Shown: positions 34,255 through 45,973, counted from the whole stretch's first letter. The stretch is 59,917 nt of DNA, filler included, from 3 parts of 3 records of this genome joined end to end with filler, not necessarily neighbours in it, one strand, 5' to 3'. A program made the numbers and translations. The notes: generated from the letters alone by a model not told the origin.

Positions 34255-34264
34255 TTATATTATG

Positions 34265-34295
34265 ATATTAATATTTAGTATTTAAATATTAATAT
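34265..34295. terminator. AT-only hairpin between convergent MFS and ispZ genes
   Basis: ATATTAATATTTA-gtatt-TAAATATTAATAT, a perfect 13-bp inverted repeat. Confidence 0.4.
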
Positions 34296-34297
34296 AA

Positions 34298-34837
34298 TCA
34301 TTTCTTATTTCTTAAATTAGAATTTTTAAATAAAAAAGGTATTTGACTAATTAAAAACAAAACACTTAAAATCATAGTTCCAAATAACTTATAATTAACC
34401 CAAAAATTTTCTGAAAAATTTCTCCATATTATTTCATTTAATATAGCCATAAATAAAAAATATACTATAAATCTTAATGAAAATTTCTTCCAGTTACTAT
34501 CATGCATTTCAAAAGCATTTTGAAATAGATATTTCATAAATAATTTATTATTTATAATTCCAAAAATTAAAATTAAAGAAATAGATAAATATATAATGGT
34601 AGGCTTTAACTGTATAAATTTAAAATCACCTGTAAGTAATGTTATTAAAGACATTATTATTACTATTATATTAGTAATTATTTGATGCTTTTGAATTTTT
34701 TTCTTTGAATAATATAATATAAACATTGATATTATAGTAATAATAATCAGAGAAATTGTAGCTTCCTTCATACCATATAATTTATAAAATATAAAAAAAC
34801 AAATTAAAGGAAGATAATCCATTAAAAAATTACTCAT
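34298..34837 (-). CDS. ispZ: Intracellular septation protein A / YciB
   Basis: DYLPLICFF, FIQLKPTIIY, LNEIIWRNFSENFWVNYKLFG and SQIPFL. Confidence 0.92.
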   Translation of the reverse strand: MSNFLMDYLPLICFFIFYKLYGMKEATISLIIITIISMFILYYSKKKIQKHQIITNIIVIIMSLITLLTGDFKFIQLKPTIIYLSISLILIFGIINNKLFMKYLFQNAFEMHDSNWKKFSLRFIVYFLFMAILNEIIWRNFSENFWVNYKLFGTMILSVLFLISQIPFLFKNSNLRNKK

Positions 34838-34952
34838 AAACTTGATCTATTATTAACTATAAAATATCTTATAAACTATTTAACAATTTATATCTATTAA
34901 ATATAATTTCTGTATAAAATATATTTCAATATTTACCAATATTTTATTTTTA

Positions 34953-37511
34953 ATGAAAATTATTAAATTTTTTGCATTTTTAGTTATACCTTTAATATTA
35001 GGGATTTCAGTAAGCTTTGTTTATAATCCGAATATTGCACTAATATTTATGAAAAATTTTTTAGTTAGAGAATTTAATAAAATTGGCATTAATACTAAAA
35101 TTCAAAATATCAAAATAAAGCAAATTGATAAATCTAATTATATAGTTCTTAGTGGAATAGAAATTAATACAATAGGTAAATTTTTCTCATCAGATAATGA
35201 ACTAAAAGTTAGATTTAATCCCAAAAAATTAATTACACATGGTAATTTTAATATAGAATCCTTAATTAAACTCAAAGGTATTAATCATGATCAGAATATT
35301 CAAATAAAATATACATTAAATTCAAATATTACTTTTTCAAAAATTGAACAAAATATATTAGTAGATTTTGACACCCAATTTCAAAAAAACTCTGATAAAA
35401 TATCTCTAAATCATAATCTTGAAATAAATTTACTTAAAAAATCAGGTATTTTTCAAAAAGCAACTTGTCAAATCACTCAAAAAGATAATGTTAACCTATA
35501 TTTAAATGCATATTTAAATAATTATGGAAATTATAATTTAAATATTTCTGGTAAAGATAATTCTATAAAAAAAATATCCCATATACTAAAATATTTAGAA
35601 TTTCTTGAAATTTATGAATTTTTGAAAAATTATAAAATTTCCGGAAATATAAAAAATATTGATATTAAAGGACTAATTAATAAAAACAAACTAAACAAGA
35701 TTTTAACAGGTAAGAATTTAAATATTAATAATATCTCTAGTATATTTAGCGGTAAAATATTTATTGAGAATGGGGTTTATCAGATTGACAAAGATTTTCC
35801 TTTAATTAATAAAATCAATGCTGAAGCTAAAATTAATAAAGGTATGATTAATATGATTTTTCATTCTGGATATTTAAATAATACTCGAATCAATAATGCA
35901 CAGCTTTTTTATGACTTAACAAAAAGTGAAGAAAATGCAATATCTATTATGGGACAAGCAAAAGGTGACGTTAAAGATTTATTTGGCTTTGTAAGTAAAG
36001 ATATAATTCAAAACTTAAATCAAAATGATATAAAGTTACATAATATCGAGGGAAAAGCTTTAACAAAATTTGACATTACTATACCACTTGGAAAAAACGA
36101 ACCTAATATCTATGATATTTCTTCAACAACTGCTAATTCATCACTAAATTTATTTGATAATCAAATAAACCTTAAAAATATTACTTTAGATGGAAAATTT
36201 GATGGAAATAAAATAGTTATTCTAGGTAAAACCCTGCTAAATAATTGTCATACCAAAATAAATTTTAGTACAAATTTTGATGATTCAAATACAAAACTAC
36301 TATTTAAAACTAAACTGGACAAAAAGCTTGATGGTAAAAATTATATAGAAATCTCAAAAGGCAGTACAGAATCAATTTTAGAATATAATAATAGCAAAAA
36401 TAATAACTATCTTAAAATATACTCAAATCTTACTAATATTGGATTTAATTTTTTATTACCTTCTTATAAAAAAGATATTTTAACTAAAGCAGAATTTAAC
36501 TCAATTACAAAATTTGAAGAAAACTCTTCAAATACATCTGTAGATTTATCCATAGATAATAAAAAATTAGTAAAAGGAGATATATTTTGTGATAAAAATA
36601 GATATATTCAAGATTTTCCTATGTTTAAAATTGGAAAAAATAATTTTTCATATTTAAAAACTTCTTATAATAATAATCATAAAATTATTTTTTCTGGAAA
36701 AACTATAGATTTATCATCCTGTAAAATTTTAAACCTTTTTAAATCTGGTATTGATACAAAAAGTTTAAGTCTAAATTTTAATATAGGTAAAATTTTATTA
36801 CATAATGATATAAACTTAACTAATGCAATATCAAAAATAAAATTCCCTCTTATTAAAGACATAAATAAAAAAAGAATAAATTTATTTAGTTCTAAATTTA
36901 ATAAACATAATCACTCAATTTTGTTTGATTATGATTCAGAATATAATATGTACGAACTTTATACTAAAGATGCTTCACTTTTGCTTAAAGGACTTGGACT
37001 GTATGATAAACTAAAAAATGGAGAAATTAAAATTACTATAAAAAATAATTATAAAATTAATAACGATAAAAAAAATAATAGCAAAATTAAAAAAATAGTA
37101 GAAAATGAAGATATAGTTTATAAAGGTAAGTTATTACTAAAAAGTTTTACACTTCAAGATCCACCTTTGATGACAAATTATATTAAGCTTTTATCTGTAA
37201 ATGGTATTATTCAAAATATATTCTCAGCAGATAAAGATATTCATTTTAGGTCTTGGAGTGGTAATTTTGAATTTACTAAAAATAAAATCTTAAATATTAA
37301 TAGAAATATTATTGAGGGATATTATTTTGACTCAATATTCGAAGGAACACTTGATTTGAATAACTATAGAGCAAATATAAAAGGAAGAGTTATTCCTTTT
37401 ATACTCGGACTTGATAATATATTTAAAATAGTTCCCCTAATAGGTAAGCTATACAAAAATGTAAGACCTGGAATTCCATTTAAAATTGATCATATGTTTA
37501 AAGTATATTAA
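34953..37511 (+). CDS. AsmA/YhdP-like (DUF3971 plus AsmA_2-type) protein
   Basis: 852 aa, N-terminal TM anchor, beta-rich, with an AsmA-like C-terminus (GTLDLNNYRANIKGRVIP...IFKIVPLIGKL). Confidence 0.65.
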   Translation: MKIIKFFAFLVIPLILGISVSFVYNPNIALIFMKNFLVREFNKIGINTKIQNIKIKQIDKSNYIVLSGIEINTIGKFFSSDNELKVRFNPKKLITHGNFNIESLIKLKGINHDQNIQIKYTLNSNITFSKIEQNILVDFDTQFQKNSDKISLNHNLEINLLKKSGIFQKATCQITQKDNVNLYLNAYLNNYGNYNLNISGKDNSIKKISHILKYLEFLEIYEFLKNYKISGNIKNIDIKGLINKNKLNKILTGKNLNINNISSIFSGKIFIENGVYQIDKDFPLINKINAEAKINKGMINMIFHSGYLNNTRINNAQLFYDLTKSEENAISIMGQAKGDVKDLFGFVSKDIIQNLNQNDIKLHNIEGKALTKFDITIPLGKNEPNIYDISSTTANSSLNLFDNQINLKNITLDGKFDGNKIVILGKTLLNNCHTKINFSTNFDDSNTKLLFKTKLDKKLDGKNYIEISKGSTESILEYNNSKNNNYLKIYSNLTNIGFNFLLPSYKKDILTKAEFNSITKFEENSSNTSVDLSIDNKKLVKGDIFCDKNRYIQDFPMFKIGKNNFSYLKTSYNNNHKIIFSGKTIDLSSCKILNLFKSGIDTKSLSLNFNIGKILLHNDINLTNAISKIKFPLIKDINKKRINLFSSKFNKHNHSILFDYDSEYNMYELYTKDASLLLKGLGLYDKLKNGEIKITIKNNYKINNDKKNNSKIKKIVENEDIVYKGKLLLKSFTLQDPPLMTNYIKLLSVNGIIQNIFSADKDIHFRSWSGNFEFTKNKILNINRNIIEGYYFDSIFEGTLDLNNYRANIKGRVIPFILGLDNIFKIVPLIGKLYKNVRPGIPFKIDHMFKVY

Positions 37512-37542
37512 TCAAATATATAAATTATTAAAATCTAATAAT

Positions 37543-38322
37543 ATGAAAACTCAAATAAATAAATTAAATTCATATCAAAATTCAGAAGATAAAAACCCAA
37601 ATAATTGGAATAAAGAATATAAAACAAATAAAATACAAAGAATTTTTAGTAAAGTTTCAGATAAATATGATTTAATGAATGATCTTATGAGTTTAGGTAT
37701 GCATAGAATATGGAAAAGATCATTTTTGAGTGAAATTAAAAATTATGATAGCAATATTTTAGATATGGCTTCAGGAACTGGAGATATAGGTATTAACATT
37801 TGTAAATATGCTAAAAAAAATCAAAAACAAACAATAATTACTTTTGCTGATCCTAACATAAATATGCTTAAAAAAGCAGAAGATAGAGCTTTTGATTTGA
37901 ATTTTTTTAAAAATGTTAAATTTGTACAAACTAGTGCAGAAAATTTACCATTTGAAGATAATTTTTTTGATTATTATTTAATATCATTTGGAATTAGAAA
38001 TGTATCTGATATAGAAAAATCTTTATGTGAAGCGTATAGAGTTTTAAAACCTACTGGAAAATTTATTTGCATGGAATTTGGCAAAGTAAAAAATGATTTA
38101 CTTAATAAAATATATAAAAAATATTCTTATAATATTATTCCAAATATTGGACAATTTATTACAGGTAGTAAAGATGAATATCAATATTTAGTTGATTCTA
38201 TAGAGTATTTTTATAATCAAAATGAGTTCATAGATATAATGAAAAAGTCAAATTTTAAAAATATAAAATATAATGATTTAAGCCTTGGTATTTCAACAAT
38301 TTTTACAGGTTATAAATACTAA
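37543..38322 (+). CDS. ubiE: Ubiquinone/menaquinone C-methyltransferase
   Basis: YDLMNDLMSLGMHRIWK, LDMASGTGDI, SFGIRNV and RVLKPTG. Confidence 0.95.
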   Translation: MKTQINKLNSYQNSEDKNPNNWNKEYKTNKIQRIFSKVSDKYDLMNDLMSLGMHRIWKRSFLSEIKNYDSNILDMASGTGDIGINICKYAKKNQKQTIITFADPNINMLKKAEDRAFDLNFFKNVKFVQTSAENLPFEDNFFDYYLISFGIRNVSDIEKSLCEAYRVLKPTGKFICMEFGKVKNDLLNKIYKKYSYNIIPNIGQFITGSKDEYQYLVDSIEYFYNQNEFIDIMKKSNFKNIKYNDLSLGISTIFTGYKY

Positions 38323-39713
38323 TGAAGTCTTTTTTTACAAATATTATAAGAGGCCTAACTATAATTCATATTGCTTCTAGATACCAAATTATTTCCTATC
38401 CAGATACTAAAATCAATTATAAAATTATAAAATTAGCTCTACATATTATAAATTTTATTTTTTGTCCTTATAAATTTTTAAAGCCTAAAGATAACATTGG
38501 AAAAAGATTAAGATTATTTCTTGAAAAATCTGGACCTATTTTTATTAAATTTGGTCAAGCAATTTCATTAAGAGATGATATTACAGGCAGTTTAATATCT
38601 CAAGAACTAAAACATCTTCAAGACAAACTTCATGAGTTTGAATTTGATAAAGCAAAAAAAATAATATATGAAAATTTTAATAAAAATTATTACGAGATAT
38701 TTAAAGAATTTGAATTGAAACCAGTAGCTGCAGCTTCTATTGCACAAGTATATAAGGCTGTTACTCAAGATAATAAAAAAGTAGCAGTAAAAATTTTAAG
38801 ACCAGAAATAGAAAAAATTTACAAACGTGATATTAGCCTTTTATATTTTACAATAAGCATAGTATCTAATTTTATATTAAAATTAAAAAGGCTAAAATTA
38901 AAAGAAATAGTTAAAATCTTTGAATCTACTATGCATAAAGAATTAAACTTAACTATTGAGGCTGCAGCTAGCTCAGAAATAAAAGATCAATTTAAAGATA
39001 GTAATAATTTATATATACCATCTATATTTTGGGAATTAACTACCAAAAATATTCTAGTTACAGAATGGATTGAAGGAATTTCAATTTATGACAAGAATAA
39101 GTTAATTGAAAATAATATTGATCTTAAAGAAGTATCGAAAAAAATCTCATATATATTTTTTGATCAAGCATATAAAAATGGATATTATCATTCTGACCTT
39201 CATCCTGGGAACGTGTTTGTTCTTAAAAATGGAAAGATTTGTCTTATTGATTTTGGTATAACTTCAAGACTTAATAAAAAAGACCGTTTTGCAATAGCTG
39301 AAATTTTAGTAGGATTTTTAAAAAGAGATTATTTAAAAGTTGCTAAAATTCATATTGATGCAGGCTATATACCAAATAATACTGACATTTATATGTTTGC
39401 TCAAAGATGTAGAATTATAGGTGAAACTATAGTAGGTAAGCCTGCATCTGAAATATCTTTAGCTTCTCTTGTAAAAAAACTACTTGAGATAGTTGAAGAT
39501 TTTAGTATGAATACTCAGCCCCAATTATTTATGCTTCAAAAAACATTATTAATGGTTGAAGGTATTGGAAAAAAACTTGATCCAGAAATTAATATGTGGA
39601 ATATAATGGAGCCATGGATGACAAAATGGGCACATAAAAATATTTCACCAGAAGCTAAATTTATTAATAAATTATTCAAATTGGTGAATAAATTTATAGA
39701 TTATATAGAATAA
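38322..39713 (+). CDS. ubiB: ABC1/UbiB atypical kinase
   Basis: GPIFIKFGQ, AAASIAQVY, VAVKILRP, HSDLHPGN and IDFG; directly after ubiE. Confidence 0.95.
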   Translation: MKSFFTNIIRGLTIIHIASRYQIISYPDTKINYKIIKLALHIINFIFCPYKFLKPKDNIGKRLRLFLEKSGPIFIKFGQAISLRDDITGSLISQELKHLQDKLHEFEFDKAKKIIYENFNKNYYEIFKEFELKPVAAASIAQVYKAVTQDNKKVAVKILRPEIEKIYKRDISLLYFTISIVSNFILKLKRLKLKEIVKIFESTMHKELNLTIEAAASSEIKDQFKDSNNLYIPSIFWELTTKNILVTEWIEGISIYDKNKLIENNIDLKEVSKKISYIFFDQAYKNGYYHSDLHPGNVFVLKNGKICLIDFGITSRLNKKDRFAIAEILVGFLKRDYLKVAKIHIDAGYIPNNTDIYMFAQRCRIIGETIVGKPASEISLASLVKKLLEIVEDFSMNTQPQLFMLQKTLLMVEGIGKKLDPEINMWNIMEPWMTKWAHKNISPEAKFINKLFKLVNKFIDYIE

Positions 39714-39727
39714 ATACTTAAAAATTA

Positions 39728-40510
39728 ATGAAGATTGTAACTTGGAATATTAACTCAATAAGAATTAGGCTTGAGCTTGTAAAAAAATTAATAGATGAAT
39801 ATAAGCCAAACTTAATATCCCTTCAAGAAACTAAAGTTGAAGACAAGGATTTTCCGGAAGAATTTTTTAACAATCTTGGATATAAAGTTTATTTTAAAGG
39901 TCAAAAATCTTATAATGGTGTAGCTATATTATCAAATATAGAAACATCAAATAATTTCTGCATCAAATTAGTTAATGATGACTCAAGACATATTGCAATT
40001 AAACTTCAAAATGGATATGAATTACATAATTTTTATGTACCTGCAGGAGGAGATGAACCAGATATATCTTTAAATCCTAAATTTAAACATAAAATTGACT
40101 ATATAAAAGCAATGCATAATTGGTTTTTGGATAATAGGAATAATAAAGACAAAATGATTCTGGTCGGAGATTTAAATATAGCACCATATGAACAAGATGT
40201 TTGGTCAAGTTATCAATTAAGAAATGTTGTAAGCCATACAAATATTGAAAGAACTTTATTAGTTAAGAATCTATCTAGTATGCATTGGATTGATACTGCA
40301 AGATTTTTCACGCCATTAAACCAAAAACTTTATAGTTGGTGGAGCTATAGAAATAAAGACTGGAAGAAATCTGATAGAGGCAGAAGGCTCGATCATATTT
40401 GGACATCTTTAAACCTTAAAGACAAAATAAAAAATATTAAATTTATTAAAGAAGCTAGAGACTGGCAAAAACCTTCTGACCACATCCCAATTATGCTTAA
40501 GATCTTGTAA
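39728..40510 (+). CDS. xth: Exodeoxyribonuclease III, second paralog
   Basis: TWNINS, LQETK, YVPAGGDEPD..NPKFKHK, YSWWSYR, GRRLDH and PSDH. Confidence 0.95.
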   Translation: MKIVTWNINSIRIRLELVKKLIDEYKPNLISLQETKVEDKDFPEEFFNNLGYKVYFKGQKSYNGVAILSNIETSNNFCIKLVNDDSRHIAIKLQNGYELHNFYVPAGGDEPDISLNPKFKHKIDYIKAMHNWFLDNRNNKDKMILVGDLNIAPYEQDVWSSYQLRNVVSHTNIERTLLVKNLSSMHWIDTARFFTPLNQKLYSWWSYRNKDWKKSDRGRRLDHIWTSLNLKDKIKNIKFIKEARDWQKPSDHIPIMLKIL

Positions 40511-40580
40511 TATTAGCATTTTCAAATATAACTCTATAAAGTTTGAAAATAAATATCTATTAGTATAATTATCTTAAATA

Positions 40581-41459
40581 ATGCAAAAGAAAAGCTTTCA
40601 AGAAATAATTTTTAGCCTACAACAATTTTGGCATAATAATGGATGTACCATACTTCAACCTTATGACCATGAAGTAGGTGCAGGAACATTCCACCCAGCT
40701 ACATTTTTTGGAGCTCTTGGTAAAAAAGATAATAATGTAGCATTCGTACAACCATCAAGAAGACCTACAGATAGTAGGTTTGGTAAGCATCCAAATAGAT
40801 TATCTCATTATTATCAATTTCAGGTATTACTAAAACCCTCCCCTGATAATATTCAAGCACTATATCTTGAGAGCATAAAAAATTTAGGTATTAACCAAAC
40901 TTCACATGATATAAGATTTGTTGAGGATGATTGGGAATCACCCACTCTTGGTGCTTCTGGACTTGGTTGGGAGGTTTGGTGTAATGGTATGGAAATATCA
41001 CAATTTACTTACATGCAACAAATGGCAGGTGTAAATTTAAGCCCGGTAACTGGTGAAATCACTTATGGTATTGAAAGAATTGCATTATATATTCAAGAAA
41101 AAGAAAATGTTAAAGATTTAGTTTGGAACAAAAAAACAAATCAAGAAATTGTTACTTACGGAGATATTTTTAATGAGCAAGAAAAACAGCTATCTGCATA
41201 TAATCTCAATCATGCTAATATTGATAAATTGCTTGAGTATTTTAAATATTGTGAAAATGAATGTAAAAACCTTGTATCTCAAAATCTTCCTATTGCAGCT
41301 TACGATTTTTGTATAAAATCTAGTCATACATTTAATATTCTAGATGCAAGAAAAGCTTTTTCAGTAACAGAAAGAGCAAAATATATATTTAGAATTAGAA
41401 GCCTTGCAAAATTATGTGCTCTTAACTGGATTTCAATAGAAAATAATAAAAATGAATAA
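40581..41459 (+). CDS. glyQ: Glycine-tRNA ligase alpha subunit
   Basis: [36 protein letters not shown] and GEITYGIER. Confidence 0.97.
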   Translation: MQKKSFQEIIFSLQQFWHNNGCTILQPYDHEVGAGTFHPATFFGALGKKDNNVAFVQPSRRPTDSRFGKHPNRLSHYYQFQVLLKPSPDNIQALYLESIKNLGINQTSHDIRFVEDDWESPTLGASGLGWEVWCNGMEISQFTYMQQMAGVNLSPVTGEITYGIERIALYIQEKENVKDLVWNKKTNQEIVTYGDIFNEQEKQLSAYNLNHANIDKLLEYFKYCENECKNLVSQNLPIAAYDFCIKSSHTFNILDARKAFSVTERAKYIFRIRSLAKLCALNWISIENNKNE

Positions 41460-43464
41460 ACTATTATTAGAATTATACTCTGAAGAAATTCCTAATTCAT
41501 CTCAAATATTTCTAGAAGAGTTTTTTGGAATTAAAATTAAAAATTTATTTGAAAAAAATAAAATTACATATCATAACTGTGATATATATTCTCTTCCAAC
41601 AAGAATCTCTATCATTATAGATAAATTAGAATTAGAAGAAAATTCAAAATCTAATATAATCAAAGGTCCAAGTTCTGATTCCAATGAGATTGCCATTGAA
41701 AAATTTTGTTTAAAATATAATAAGAACAAAGATGAATTAATTGTTAAAGAAATTAACTCTAAAAATTACTTTTTTATAGAACTTAAAAAAGAAAATAATA
41801 ATTTAATAGATATTATACCTAAATTACTTCAAGAATTAATAGAATCAATAACTTGGCCAAAATCCATGAAATGGGGAGATTATGAAATTGAATGGATAAG
41901 GCCTCTTAAAAATATATTATGTTTATATAATAACCAAATTGTTGATTTTAATTATTTTCATTTAAAAGCTAATTCATTTAGCTTTGGGCATAAATTCCTT
42001 AAATATAATAAAATTTTAATAAATAATATTGATGATTACAATTCTGTACTTGAAGATAATTTTGTAATTACTTCTAGAATTAAAAGAAAACTCATTATAG
42101 AAAATGAAATAAATAAGCTTGAGAATAAATATAATATTACAATTGAAAAAGATATAGGATTACTAAATGAAATTATTGGTTTAGTTGAATATCCAGTTAT
42201 TCTTATAGGAAAAATACCTAGTGAATTTTTAACGCTTCCGCATGAGATATTAAAAGAAACTATTAAAACTCATCAAAAATATTTTGTAACTAAAGATGAG
42301 AAAAATATAACAGCTCCATATTTTATATTTGTTTCTAATATTGTAAATAATGATGAAGAAATTATCAGAGGAAATGAAAAAGTATTAAAAGCGAGACTTC
42401 AAGATGCTTTATTTTTTTACAATGCAGATTGTAATATAGATATTAATAATTCACTCATAGAATTAAAAAATCTAGTATTTCATGATAAGCTTGGTTCTGT
42501 TTATGATAAAACACAAAGATTAATATCTTTATCTCAAAAAATATTTAGTAATTATCCTATATTAATAGAAGCTTCGAAATATTCTAAAATTGATTTAGTT
42601 AGTCAATTAGTTTCTGAATTTCCAAAACTTCAAGGTATTATAGCAAGTTTCATAATAGATAATCAGTTAAATAATTATAACCTTTCAAGCATTATAAAGG
42701 AGCATTATTTACCACAAGGTTTAAATTCTGAAATGCCAACTAAAATTGAGTCTAAATTATTATCACTATTAGATAAAATTGATAGTTTAGTAGGCTTTTT
42801 TGTTGCAAATGAGAAAATATCAAGTTCAAAAGATCCTCTAGGAATAAGAAGATTAACCCTTGGAATTTTAAGACTTTTAAGTAATATTGATTTTGAAATA
42901 GATATTAATAATATTCTTGATGAATCAATTGAAATATTTAAAAATCAATTAACTATTAATAATAACGTCAAATTAACTATTCTAAATTTTATAGAAGAAA
43001 GATTAAAAATATTTTTAAAAAATAACTTTAATATAGAAATAATAGAATTTGTACTAAACTTAAATAAACTTCCCTTCATTAAAAAAACTATTTCTTATAT
43101 TGATAAAGCTCAAAAATTATATGATAGTGGAGCTTTAAATAACATTATTAGTTGTTTCAAGAGAATTGATAATTTAGACTTAAATAATATAAACGCAAAT
43201 AAAATAGATTCAGAATTTATTCAAACAACGAAAGAAAAAGATTTCTTTCAGTTAATTTTTAATTATGAAAATAAAATAACAAACAAAAATCTAGATATAG
43301 AAGATTATCTTAATGATCTAAATATGTTATCTAGTGAAGTTGAAAGTTTCTTTTCAAATCACATGATTAATGATGAAAATCCAAATATTGCAAACAATAG
43401 AAAATTAATTTGCTCAAAAATATATAAACTTTTTGATAAGCTAAACTTTAAAAAATTACTATAA
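41452..43464 (+). CDS. glyS: Glycine-tRNA ligase beta subunit
   Basis: [38 protein letters not shown] and SKDPLGIRR. Confidence 0.95.
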   Translation: MNKLLLELYSEEIPNSSQIFLEEFFGIKIKNLFEKNKITYHNCDIYSLPTRISIIIDKLELEENSKSNIIKGPSSDSNEIAIEKFCLKYNKNKDELIVKEINSKNYFFIELKKENNNLIDIIPKLLQELIESITWPKSMKWGDYEIEWIRPLKNILCLYNNQIVDFNYFHLKANSFSFGHKFLKYNKILINNIDDYNSVLEDNFVITSRIKRKLIIENEINKLENKYNITIEKDIGLLNEIIGLVEYPVILIGKIPSEFLTLPHEILKETIKTHQKYFVTKDEKNITAPYFIFVSNIVNNDEEIIRGNEKVLKARLQDALFFYNADCNIDINNSLIELKNLVFHDKLGSVYDKTQRLISLSQKIFSNYPILIEASKYSKIDLVSQLVSEFPKLQGIIASFIIDNQLNNYNLSSIIKEHYLPQGLNSEMPTKIESKLLSLLDKIDSLVGFFVANEKISSSKDPLGIRRLTLGILRLLSNIDFEIDINNILDESIEIFKNQLTINNNVKLTILNFIEERLKIFLKNNFNIEIIEFVLNLNKLPFIKKTISYIDKAQKLYDSGALNNIISCFKRIDNLDLNNINANKIDSEFIQTTKEKDFFQLIFNYENKITNKNLDIEDYLNDLNMLSSEVESFFSNHMINDENPNIANNRKLICSKIYKLFDKLNFKKLL

Positions 43465-43554
43465 ATTTTAATCTTGTTTAGAAAGAAATATATTATAATT
43501 ATGAATATATAATTATATATAAATTTATAACGTAAAACATATAAAAGTATAATG

Positions 43555-43575
43555 ATATATCTTAATAAGATATAT
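43555..43575. terminator. Palindrome between convergent glyS and the AAA-nuclease gene
   Basis: ATATATCTTA-A-TAAGATATAT. Confidence 0.3.
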
Positions 43576-43594
43576 GAGTAATTCAAAATATATT

Positions 43595-45721
43595 TTAAAT
43601 GTTTGAATAAAAATCTTCTAATATACTTTCAATTTTAGTTAAATTCTCAAATATACTAATAAAACTCTCTATATCTTTAACTTTGAGCTTTTCATAAAAT
43701 AATCTTTTAATTTTTTCGATATTTCTATTTATATTTACTAATTCCAATAGTTTTATTATATTTGGATTATTCATAAATTCTACCATTTTAGAAGCTGCAG
43801 CTATTGATAAGTCGTTTTCTTTGATCATAACACTCCACTTTTGCGTATTCTCATCCCCTAAAAATAATACACCCCTAACTCTTATATAATCAAATTCATA
43901 ATATTCTTTATGAAGTTTTAATTTAGTTAGTGGTTCTTTTATGTAATTTTTCTCAAATACTTGCCAAATTGCTAAATCAAGTAGATCAAGATTTTTAACA
44001 TCATTTTTTGATGATTTTTTATATTCATGAATAATTACAGGCTTTTTTATGTCCTCTTCATCACTTTTTGGATAAAAAATGTTATCTATTCTTCCTCTGT
44101 TACCTACTACTTTTTCTATTGCTGTATAATATCCTGACATATCAAAATTATACAAATTATATAGTTCTATAACCCCGCCTACTAAAGATTTGAAATAATT
44201 TTCAGATTTATCACAACCCTTGATCTTATTTATAAGTTTATCTCTTAAAACTTTTAGAAACATATCTTTATTTAAAAGATTTTTACATAAATCATGTCCA
44301 AGATTATGAATGTTATAATCTTTGTTAGATTTAAAATAATCCAAGCTTATATTCAGCCATACTTGTAAAATTATATCTCTAAAATATTTAAGAACCTCCT
44401 TATTTGGTATCGTTAGCCTTTCATCCTTTATATTTAGATAACCATAATTCAATAACAAATAACTAATAAGCATATTTCTTGCATATATATTATCAATATT
44501 ACCAATAATACTAAAATCTTTATTAGGTATAGGAAGTTTTACTTCCTCACCTTTAGATAAATCATGAAGTAAGCTTATTATGTAATCACTAGCACCTAAA
44601 TTACTGATATTTTCTAATATATCATTCATAATTGAATTAGACCAATAACTAAGTGGCGTGACATCAATACCTTGATTTTGAACTCTTATTATATGGTTAA
44701 TTACAGACCAAATATTATACTTACATACTTTGTTATTAAATCTGTCTAAAGAATTATATCCATCATACCATTCTTTCAGCTGATTTAATAATTTTTTTTT
44801 ATCCTCACCTTTATAACCAGTTTTATCAATTAATTCTTCTACTTCATTTTGTGATAAGCCGTAATGATCAGAGAAATTCATATTATTTAAATCATATATC
44901 TCTGATATATTATTAAAACCCGATGCTCCTTCTCTAATTATAAAATCTGTAACTCCAGTTAATATTGTTTTTTTTACAAATTCATTGCCTTTTCCGCATC
45001 TTGCAATCATGCTAGTTATAAAGCCTGTAATTTCTTTCCTATCTTCAATCAATTCCATATAATTAGGTAAAGTAAGAAAATGGCTACCTGGTTTATCATG
45101 CTCATCTATTAATACCCAAACCTTTATATTAAAATGTTGATAAAGCAGCTCTGTTAAAAATGCTAGACTTTCTTTTAGCTCTTCAATAGTAAACTCACCT
45201 TTCAAATGTTCTACAAATTGATCTTTAATAATAGGATTTAATTCTTTGGATTTAGCTAAAAATGAATATTTTCTATATAGATTTTTTATATGCAATTTTA
45301 TTGATTCAATAGCTTTTTCTTTATCATTACCCAAGCATTCTTTTAAACTAAGTAAAATTACAGGGGTTTTACCTTGTAATCTCATGAATTTTCCTTGATC
45401 TATTTTAGAGATTTTTAGTTCACAAATTTTTTTGTAATCCACATTACTTTGAGCATCTTCAATTTGAATTTCACCACCTTCAAATAATATCCTATTTGAG
45501 TTTATTTTAAGCTTATTACCTTCCTTATCAACTTCTATATTCAAGAATCTCTTAAACATATCGAAATTGATACTTTTACCCCATCTTCTTGGTCTAGTTA
45601 TTAACAAAAATTTATAATTAGATTCAATTACCTCCTTTATAAAAAGTGTTTTATCTACTAAAAGATTGCCCTCTGTAACTAACTCATAAAAATTATCAGT
45701 TCCACATATAGTGCTTATCAT
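43595..45721 (-). CDS. AAA-ATPase-like domain fused to a PD-(D/E)XK nuclease domain
   Basis: GTDNFYEL..VDKTLFI, Walker A RPRRWGKS, Walker B VLIDEHD, WYDGY, YNIWSV, YWSNS and IPNKEV, then GRID...IHEYK. Confidence 0.85.
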   Translation of the reverse strand: MISTICGTDNFYELVTEGNLLVDKTLFIKEVIESNYKFLLITRPRRWGKSINFDMFKRFLNIEVDKEGNKLKINSNRILFEGGEIQIEDAQSNVDYKKICELKISKIDQGKFMRLQGKTPVILLSLKECLGNDKEKAIESIKLHIKNLYRKYSFLAKSKELNPIIKDQFVEHLKGEFTIEELKESLAFLTELLYQHFNIKVWVLIDEHDKPGSHFLTLPNYMELIEDRKEITGFITSMIARCGKGNEFVKKTILTGVTDFIIREGASGFNNISEIYDLNNMNFSDHYGLSQNEVEELIDKTGYKGEDKKKLLNQLKEWYDGYNSLDRFNNKVCKYNIWSVINHIIRVQNQGIDVTPLSYWSNSIMNDILENISNLGASDYIISLLHDLSKGEEVKLPIPNKDFSIIGNIDNIYARNMLISYLLLNYGYLNIKDERLTIPNKEVLKYFRDIILQVWLNISLDYFKSNKDYNIHNLGHDLCKNLLNKDMFLKVLRDKLINKIKGCDKSENYFKSLVGGVIELYNLYNFDMSGYYTAIEKVVGNRGRIDNIFYPKSDEEDIKKPVIIHEYKKSSKNDVKNLDLLDLAIWQVFEKNYIKEPLTKLKLHKEYYEFDYIRVRGVLFLGDENTQKWSVMIKENDLSIAAASKMVEFMNNPNIIKLLELVNINRNIEKIKRLFYEKLKVKDIESFISIFENLTKIESILEDFYSNI

Positions 45722-45973
45722 AATCTATAAATATCTAATACTAACTAATTTAATAAAGAATAAAATAGCACTATTTACAAATTATGACACCTATATTAAT
45801 AATTTTATTTATTATTTCAAAAGAAAATTTAGAGCTATTAAAAATTAATATACTAATTCTAGTTCAATTATATATAGGGCATTAACAATAATATTATTAT
45901 ATCTTATAAATCAGTAGATATAGTGAAATACTTTTAAAGAAAAATTATTAATTAATTCTTAATAGATTTATAT

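Noticed and set aside
32140..40510. Two xth genes as a novel duplication
   Set aside because: Two divergent ExoIII paralogs are normal in alphaproteobacteria, including Rickettsia.
43359..43586. Small AT-rich ORFs (43359..43586 and 36677..36862)
   Set aside because: They overlap real genes in antisense, are low-complexity and show no motifs.
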